Below, piece after piece: positions 58,036 through 64,000 of a DNA stretch of 64,000 nucleotides (position 1 is its first letter; each line of letters begins with the position of its first letter). Where the stretch lies: the NCBI GenBank assembly GCA_037142195.1, contig JBAXBA010000001.1, positions 64,001 to 128,000 of the forward strand, given 5' to 3'. The translations under genes were made by a program, and so were the position numbers. Source of the stretch: Pseudomonadota bacterium. Lineage in GTDB: Bacteria; Bdellovibrionota_B; Oligoflexia; Oligoflexales; CAIMVM01. The notes under the pieces are model-generated. The model saw only the letters and a program-made list of their open reading frames with translations. It was not told the DNA's origin and searched no databases.

Positions 58036-58434
58036 ATGAATTTGGCGATAATTCCCAAATACGCTGCACTATTAGCTGTTCTTTTTCTAATTCTGAGTGT
58101 GAGAACCTTGTCCCTAAGAAGGAAACATCGAATCGGTGTGGGTGATGGCGGAAACCTCGTCTTAAAACGAGCCGCTAGAGCCCACGCCAATTTTTCTGAG
58201 TACGTACCTTTGGCCATACTGCTTTTGGCTTTCTGCGAGACCTGGGCGGCTCCTGGAGCTCTCATTCACGGTGCTGGCGCTAGTCTATTATTAGGTAGAG
58301 TTCTCCACGCTTATGGCATTAGCCAACCCGAGGAAGACCTTCGCTTTAGAGTTTCAGGTATGGCCCTGACATTCGGATCTATTGCAATAGCCATTGGGTT
58401 TCTATGCTTTCATGGGTTCATTTCACAGGCCTAA
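58036..58434 (+). CDS. MAPEG family membrane protein (YecN-like)
   Basis: GDGG, RAHANFSEYVP, GRVLHAYG, RVSGM.LT. Confidence 0.9.
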   Translation: MNLAIIPKYAALLAVLFLILSVRTLSLRRKHRIGVGDGGNLVLKRAARAHANFSEYVPLAILLLAFCETWAAPGALIHGAGASLLLGRVLHAYGISQPEEDLRFRVSGMALTFGSIAIAIGFLCFHGFISQA

Positions 58435-58554
58435 CCGCTAAACATAACCCACCCCCCCGTTATTCTACCTATCGAACGGTGGGCTTTCCTTTTTCACTTG
58501 GGTCAGCATCTCTTGGATTCGTGATACTATAGAAAGAGAGTGCTAGGAGGCCCC

Positions 58555-58866
58555 ATGAGGATTTTTGAACTCCCCAAAAAGAATACGGAAGCTTGTTTTC
58601 AAAATATCTTAGACTTGGTAGACAAGTCAGTTTCCAATTGGGAAAGAAAGGCCGGAAAATCTTCCGCTTTTGGCGATGAAGAAATGACTGCTATCGTCAA
58701 AAAAGGCAAAACCGAAAAAAATGAAGCCCCGCCTGATCCACCACAGGAAACCCGGAGGCCCGAAGAAGTTGATTCCAAATCCCAAAGTCGATATTGGTTG
58801 TTTGTGGCAGCCTGTGCCACCATACTTGCGCTAGGATTCTTATTTTTCTACAAGATGTCGAGGTAA
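58555..58866 (+). CDS. Hypothetical tail-anchored membrane protein
   Basis: AGGAGG RBS before the ATG at 58555; charged linker and a single C-terminal TM. Confidence 0.65.
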   Translation: MRIFELPKKNTEACFQNILDLVDKSVSNWERKAGKSSAFGDEEMTAIVKKGKTEKNEAPPDPPQETRRPEEVDSKSQSRYWLFVAACATILALGFLFFYKMSR

Positions 58867-58882
58867 GTTGGGCACCATTAAA

Positions 58883-58940
58883 AACAACCTCAAAACTGCC
58901 GCTTCCTAAGACTTTGGCTATGTTGAGGTTGTTGGTTTTT
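58883..58940. terminator. Inverted repeat in the convergent gap before rph
   Basis: AACAACCTCAA (58883-58893) pairs with TTGAGGTTGTT (58923-58933), followed by a T-run. Confidence 0.5.
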
Positions 58941-59038
58941 TCTGGGTGGATAGAACTCGTGAGAACGAAGCCGCTTTTTGCAGTTTTTGGAGACAAGCAG
59001 CTACTTCTCGGGATTTTGCAACCATTATTGACCGAGGT

Positions 59039-59770
59039 TTAGCTTTCTGCGATCTGACCTTCCACAGCCTGAATTTGCAATTCAAAAACAGTTTGTAGCG
59101 AGGATTGGGCAGCATCCATAATTTCCATAACCTGTTCTTTGGAAAAAGTCTGGCGCTCTGCGGTGCCTTGAATCTCTAGGAATTTTCCACCTTGGGTCAT
59201 GACCACATTCATGTCGAGGTCTGCTGTTGAATCTTCATCATAATTTAAATCTACAAGAAGCTTTCCGTTTAAAATTCCTACCGATACAGCTGCCAAAGAA
59301 TCTTTAATCGGATTGTTTTTTATTTTTCCTTTTCGAAGCATCGCATCTACTGCCAACTTCAGGGCTACATAGGCACCATTAATAGAAGCAGTGCGTGTGC
59401 CTCCATCTGCCTGGATCACATCGCAATCAATAAGAAACGTTAAATCTGGACATTTTGAGGCATCAAAAATACCGCGTATGGATCTACCAATAAGGCGTTG
59501 GATTTCTTGGGTTCTACCGCCTACTGAGCCCCGTTCTCTTTTAGTTCGGCTGTGGGTAGCCGCAGGAAGCATGGAGTACTCCGCTGTCAGCCAGCCTGAA
59601 ACATTTTTTTGAGACCTCATCCACCCTGGAACACCGTCTTCTACAGTTACAGTGCAGATGACTTTAGTGTCACCCATCTCAACCAAGGCCGATCCGTCGG
59701 CATTTTTAATAAAATGTGGAGTTATTCTAATGGGTCTTAATTGACCCGAAACACGGCCATCTTTTCTCAT
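59039..59770 (-). CDS. rph: Ribonuclease PH
   Basis: MRKDGR...QLRP, GWLTAEYSMLP.AT..R, GRTQEIQRLIGRS, DCDVIQADGGTRTASI, EIQGTAE. Confidence 0.97.
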   Translation of the reverse strand: MRKDGRVSGQLRPIRITPHFIKNADGSALVEMGDTKVICTVTVEDGVPGWMRSQKNVSGWLTAEYSMLPAATHSRTKRERGSVGGRTQEIQRLIGRSIRGIFDASKCPDLTFLIDCDVIQADGGTRTASINGAYVALKLAVDAMLRKGKIKNNPIKDSLAAVSVGILNGKLLVDLNYDEDSTADLDMNVVMTQGGKFLEIQGTAERQTFSKEQVMEIMDAAQSSLQTVFELQIQAVEGQIAES

Positions 59771-59778
59771 GGAAATCC

Positions 59779-61212
59779 TTATTTAGACGCAAAATAGCCT
59801 GGGCCATCTGTGTCCGTGGGTTGTTTAGAAATAGGGGCACAAATATCTTCCGGATAGCTCCCCGTAAAACACGCCGTACAGTAGCCTTGGGACTTGTCGG
59901 ATAATGCTTCTTTCAGACCTGCCTTACTTAAATAGCCCAGAGAGTCAGCCCCTAAGAGGTCACGGATCTTATCGACAGTGATTTGAGCTGCGAGTAACTT
60001 CTTACGATCGGGAGTATCTACACCGTAAAAACAGGAATGGGTAATGGGTGGAGATCCCACGCGAAAATGAATCTCCTTAGCACCAGCCTCTCTGAGCATT
60101 CTGACTATTTTGGTTGAAGTTGTTCCTCGTACAATAGAGTCATCAATAACCACGACACGCTTGCCCTTTAAAACACCTTCGATAGCATTTAATTTCAGCT
60201 TTACACCGAAATCACGAATCGCTTGGGAAGGTTCTATGAAGGTCCTTCCCACATAATGATTGCGGATGAGCCCAAGCTCTAAAGGGATGCCCGTAGCTTG
60301 AGAATAGCCAATGGCCATAGGGACCCCTGAATCAGGAATCGCGACAACCACATCTGCCTCAGTGGGATACTCTTTAGCTAAAATTTCTCCCATTCTTTTT
60401 CTTTGCACGTAAACTGCAGATCCATTTTGGGTGCTATCTGGCCTTGAAAAATAAATGGGTTCAAAGGAACAAAACGCCTCGGGCTTCTTTTCAAAAGGAA
60501 ACTCAGACGCTTCCTCCTGTCCCTCATTCAAAATGAGAAATTCGCCGGGTTTAATTTCCCGAACAAGCCGCGCATCTATCAAGTCTAGAGCACAACTTTC
60601 CGAAGCTACGATCCAAGTGATGCCTTTTTTTCCAAGCACTAGAGGCCTTAACCCGTAAGGGTCTCGCACGGCATAGAGCGTGTCTTCAGCAGCAACTACT
60701 AAAGAATATCCGCCTTTTACTTGCTGAAGTGCCGAAATCAATTTCTCTTTAACGGTTAGCTTTTTACTTTTGGCTATAAGATGGGAAATCACCTCCGTAT
60801 CGGAGGTGGACGTAAAAATAGATCCTGAAGCTTCAAGGTCTTTTCGAATGGATTCCGCATTGGTAAGGTTGCCATTGTGGGCTAACACAATCGAGCCGTT
60901 TTCAGAACTTTGGTAAACAATGGGCTGAATATTTTGGACAAGATTGCCACCCGTTGTGGAGTAGCGCACATGGCCAACGCCGAGTCTACCCGTTAAACGG
61001 CTAAGAATATCTTTATTAAAACCATCTGATACTAGACCAAATTGCTTATGGGAACGAAGTACTTTTCCTTGCTTATCATCATCAACCGTCACAATACCAC
61101 AAGCTTCCTGGCCCCGATGCTGGAGAGCGTACAGTCCGAGATAAACTAAACGAGAGGCTTCATCGTCGCCTAGAACGCCCATTACGCCGCATTCATCTTT
61201 AAATCCGTTCAT
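59779..61212 (-). CDS. purF: Amidophosphoribosyltransferase (propeptide and Fe-S type)
   Basis: DE|CGV, LQHRGQE, GHVRYST, HNGN, DDSIVRGTT, and Fe-S cysteines in CSFE, CFYG and CTAC. Confidence 0.97.
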   Translation of the reverse strand: MNGFKDECGVMGVLGDDEASRLVYLGLYALQHRGQEACGIVTVDDDKQGKVLRSHKQFGLVSDGFNKDILSRLTGRLGVGHVRYSTTGGNLVQNIQPIVYQSSENGSIVLAHNGNLTNAESIRKDLEASGSIFTSTSDTEVISHLIAKSKKLTVKEKLISALQQVKGGYSLVVAAEDTLYAVRDPYGLRPLVLGKKGITWIVASESCALDLIDARLVREIKPGEFLILNEGQEEASEFPFEKKPEAFCSFEPIYFSRPDSTQNGSAVYVQRKRMGEILAKEYPTEADVVVAIPDSGVPMAIGYSQATGIPLELGLIRNHYVGRTFIEPSQAIRDFGVKLKLNAIEGVLKGKRVVVIDDSIVRGTTSTKIVRMLREAGAKEIHFRVGSPPITHSCFYGVDTPDRKKLLAAQITVDKIRDLLGADSLGYLSKAGLKEALSDKSQGYCTACFTGSYPEDICAPISKQPTDTDGPGYFASK

Positions 61213-61244
61213 GTACCCTATCCCTTTGCAAAAAGAGCTCTAGT

Positions 61245-62015
61245 TTATTCGCTTGCTGACGTCTCATGCTCTGGATAAAAAAGAGTCGCCTTCATAAAGT
61301 CACGATTGAGCCTAGCTATATTCTCGATAGAGATTTCTTTTGGGCAGGCTGCTTCACAGGCTTTGGTATTCGTGCAAGCACCAAATCCTTCTTCATCGTG
61401 CTGGCGTAGCATGCCTAGGGCGCGGCGCATTCTCTCAGGTTGGCCTTGGGGTAAAAGGGCCAATTGGCTTACTTTAGTCGATACAAACAACATGGCCGAT
61501 GAATTTTTACATGCCGCCACACAAGCTCCACAGCCAATGCAAGCTGCTGCTTCAAATGACTTGTCGGCGAGATCTTTAGATATAGGTAGAGCATTGGCGT
61601 CTTGAGCAGAACCTGTGTTTACCGATACAAAGCCACCTTTTGCCATAATTCGATCAAAAGGAGTTCGGTCCACAATAAGGTCTTTCACAACCGGAAAGGC
61701 ACCTGCGCGCCACGGCTCAATATAAAGCTCATCGCCTTCTTTAAAGGATCTCATATGAAGCTGGCAAGCCGTCGTACCTTTAGAAGGTCCGTGAGGGCGT
61801 CCGTTGATAACCATGGAACATGAGCCGCAGATTCCTTCTCGGCAATCATGATCGAATGAAATCGCGTCTTCGCCTTTTTTAATCAAATCTTCGTTAAGGA
61901 CATCAAGCATTTCCAGAAAAGACATATTTGGATTTACGTCACTTGGACTATACGTTTCCAGTTTTCCGGCACTTTTCGCATTTTTTTGGCGCCATACATG
62001 AAGCTTAATTTTCAT
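61245..62015 (-). CDS. sdhB: Succinate dehydrogenase/fumarate reductase iron-sulfur subunit
   Basis: [33 protein letters not shown]. Confidence 0.95.
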   Translation of the reverse strand: MKIKLHVWRQKNAKSAGKLETYSPSDVNPNMSFLEMLDVLNEDLIKKGEDAISFDHDCREGICGSCSMVINGRPHGPSKGTTACQLHMRSFKEGDELYIEPWRAGAFPVVKDLIVDRTPFDRIMAKGGFVSVNTGSAQDANALPISKDLADKSFEAAACIGCGACVAACKNSSAMLFVSTKVSQLALLPQGQPERMRRALGMLRQHDEEGFGACTNTKACEAACPKEISIENIARLNRDFMKATLFYPEHETSASE

Positions 62016-63928
62016 TATTTATAACTCCTTGTGGAAAGTTGTAGCGTTTCAAATGTGAGCTCTTCTTTATGGCGAAGAGGAACTTTTTCTTCACCTTGAT
62101 ACTCCCAAACCGCCACATGGCAGAAGTTTGCATCGTCGCGCTTAGCTTCGCCTTCTTCTTGGTGCTCGGTTCTAAAGTGGCCGCCACAAGATTCCTCACG
62201 CGTCAAGGCGTCTCGACACATAAGTTCCCCAAACTCTAAAAAGTCTGCCACTCTCCCCGCTCTTTCGAGGGTTTGATTTAAACCTTCTGCGGTACCGGTT
62301 ACTTTTAGATTCGACCAAAACTCTTTTTTTAAAGCCTGAATCTTGGTGATTGCTGATTCGAGCCCCGCCTTATCGCGAGCCATTCCGCATTTTTCCCACA
62401 TAATATGACCCAGCTCTTTGTGAAATTCTGCTGGCGTCTTCGTGCCGTTTATAGACATAAACTTTTGTATACGCTCTTTAACTTCTTTTTCTGCCTGAAT
62501 AAATTCTGGGGCATCAATTGAGGTTTTTTCTGGTTTCGCCGTAGCAAAATAATTTCCGATGGTATTTGGAAGGACAAAATATCCATCTGCAAGACCTTGC
62601 ATAAGTGCGGACGCCCCAAGGCGGTTCGAACCATGATCTGAAAAGTTAGCTTCGCCAATAACATGGAGCCCAGAAATAGTGCTCATGAGATTATAGTCTA
62701 CCCAAAGACCACCCATCGTGTAATGGACCGCTGGATAGATGCGCATGGGCATTTTATAAGGATTTTCATCGGTAATTTTTTGATACATGTCAAAGAGGTT
62801 GCCGTAACGCTCCCTCACCTTGTCTTCTCCAAGTCTTTTAATGGAATCAGCAAAATCAAGGTAAACGCCAAGGCCGCTTTCACCGACTCCTCTTCCCTCG
62901 TCGCAAACCTCCTTTGCTGCCCTTGAAGCAATATCTCGCGGGGCGAGGTTTCCGTAAGAGGGATACTTCACTTCTAAAAAATAATCTCTTTCATCTTCTG
63001 GAATATCCGCAGGCGGACGCTTGTCGCCTCTTTTCTTTGGCGCCCAAACGCGTCCGTCATTTCTGAGGGACTCGGACATGAGGGTCAGTTTGGATTGATG
63101 GTCTCCCGAAACCGGAATGCATGTGGGGTGGATTTGCGTAAAACAAGGGTTCGCAAAGCCTGCGCCCTTTTTATAGGATCTAAAGGTTGCCGTAACATTA
63201 CAACCAATGGCATTTGTCGAAAGATAAAATACGTTGCCGTAGCCCCCGGTGGCCAAAACAACCGCATCTGCTGCCCAGCGTTTGATTTCTCCCGTCTCGA
63301 GGTTTCTCGTAATAATGCCGCGAGCTTTTCCATTGACGATCACAAGGTCAAGCATTTCGGTCTTACCGTGCATCTCTACTGTGCCCATACCAATCTGTCT
63401 GGAAAGTGATGAATAAGCACCTAAAAGCAACTGCTGTCCTGTCTGTCCTCTTGCATAAAACGTTCGAGACACTTGCGAGCCACCAAAGGAGCGGTTGGCC
63501 AATAGTCCGCCATAGTCTCTAGCAAAAGGAACCCCTTGAGCTACCGCCTGATCGATGATGTCAGTAGACACTTGAGCTAGCCGATAGACATTGGCTTCAC
63601 GAGCTCTAAAATCGCCGCCCTTAATGGTGTCGTAGAAAAGCCGATGAACGGAATCTCCATCCCCTTGATAGTTTTTAGCCGCATTGATTCCACCTTGTGC
63701 GGCGATCGAGTGGGCTCTTCGGGGAGAGTCTTGATAACAAAAAGCAGTTACTTTATATCCTAGCTCAGCCATCGTAGCTGCCGCAGAAGAGCCCGCTAGG
63801 CCTGTCCCTACAACAATAACAGAATATTTTCTTTTATTCGCAGGATTGATGAGTTTCACATCAAATTTATGTTTAGACCATTTTTCGGCAAGGGGTCCAC
63901 TTGGAACTTTGGATTCAAGTTTCATCAA
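62015..63928 (-). CDS. sdhA: Succinate dehydrogenase/fumarate reductase flavoprotein subunit
   Basis: [16 protein letters not shown] (covalent FAD His), [26 protein letters not shown]. Confidence 0.96.
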   Translation of the reverse strand: MMKLESKVPSGPLAEKWSKHKFDVKLINPANKRKYSVIVVGTGLAGSSAAATMAELGYKVTAFCYQDSPRRAHSIAAQGGINAAKNYQGDGDSVHRLFYDTIKGGDFRAREANVYRLAQVSTDIIDQAVAQGVPFARDYGGLLANRSFGGSQVSRTFYARGQTGQQLLLGAYSSLSRQIGMGTVEMHGKTEMLDLVIVNGKARGIITRNLETGEIKRWAADAVVLATGGYGNVFYLSTNAIGCNVTATFRSYKKGAGFANPCFTQIHPTCIPVSGDHQSKLTLMSESLRNDGRVWAPKKRGDKRPPADIPEDERDYFLEVKYPSYGNLAPRDIASRAAKEVCDEGRGVGESGLGVYLDFADSIKRLGEDKVRERYGNLFDMYQKITDENPYKMPMRIYPAVHYTMGGLWVDYNLMSTISGLHVIGEANFSDHGSNRLGASALMQGLADGYFVLPNTIGNYFATAKPEKTSIDAPEFIQAEKEVKERIQKFMSINGTKTPAEFHKELGHIMWEKCGMARDKAGLESAITKIQALKKEFWSNLKVTGTAEGLNQTLERAGRVADFLEFGELMCRDALTREESCGGHFRTEHQEEGEAKRDDANFCHVAVWEYQGEEKVPLRHKEELTFETLQLSTRSYK

Positions 63929-63940
63929 AAATTCTCCTTT

Positions 63941-64000
63941 TTAGCTAAGTATGCCAAGCAATACCGCGACAGGTATGCTTGAAAAACCCAAAAACAGCAC
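63941..64000 (-). CDS. sdhC: 3' end of a probable succinate dehydrogenase cytochrome b subunit (partial)
   Basis: Minus strand reads VLFLGFSSIPVAVLLGILS*, a TM-like terminus immediately upstream of the sdhA RBS. Confidence 0.65.
   Translation of the reverse strand: MLFLGFSSIPVAVLLGILS

Noticed and set aside
58697..59115. Short ORFs downstream of rph (possible rdgB remnant)
   Set aside because: No Ham1/RdgB motifs; the region is better explained as a convergent gap with an inverted repeat.
12459..59770. Co-occurrence of RNase Y, RNase J and RNase PH in a diderm
   Set aside because: Known for delta-proteobacteria-like lineages, and the genes are not clustered.
1759..63409. Many 60-140 aa antisense or alternate-frame ORFs in the track
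   Set aside because: They lie within well-supported genes, lack RBS and motifs, and are expected shadow ORFs.
1..64000. CRISPR arrays, tRNA/rRNA genes, transposases, integrases, prophage or defence genes
   Set aside because: No regularly spaced repeats, cloverleaf or T-loop signatures, or recognisable motifs were seen by eye. A covariance-model scan was not possible.

Overview
A mostly housekeeping stretch of bacterial chromosome. The gene repertoire suggests Bdellovibrionota/Oligoflexia (inference): a TIGR02147-type HTH, an Agl/Glt-like motor cluster, RNase Y plus RNase J, and Bacillus-type purF and sdhCAB. Core genes recognised: ddl, a GT9 heptosyltransferase, ldcA-mpl-pal, rny-ymdB, dapB, psd, trmFO, tpiA, pgk, gshB, valS, queE, glpD, fadIJ, rnj, secA, rph, purF and sdhAB(C). 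No rRNA, tRNA, CRISPR array or transposase was seen. The most notable observations are: (1) a four-gene lipid-tailoring operon (desaturase, atypical AlkB-like di-iron enzyme, Cfa-type methyltransferase, FAD oxidoreductase) between long non-coding flanks; (2) an apparently inactive ArgH-like protein fused to a lipoprotein-like tail, followed by a DapA homologue lacking its catalytic residues; (3) an ExbB/ExbD/ExbD/TonB-C (AglRQS-GltG-like) motor in which both ExbD-like subunits lack the essential transmembrane Asp while the ExbB-like subunit has gained one; (4) a pyruvate kinase homologue with a rewritten active site; (5) a 42-aa zinc-finger microprotein missed by the ORF track. All family assignments are by-eye motif recognition; no searches were run.
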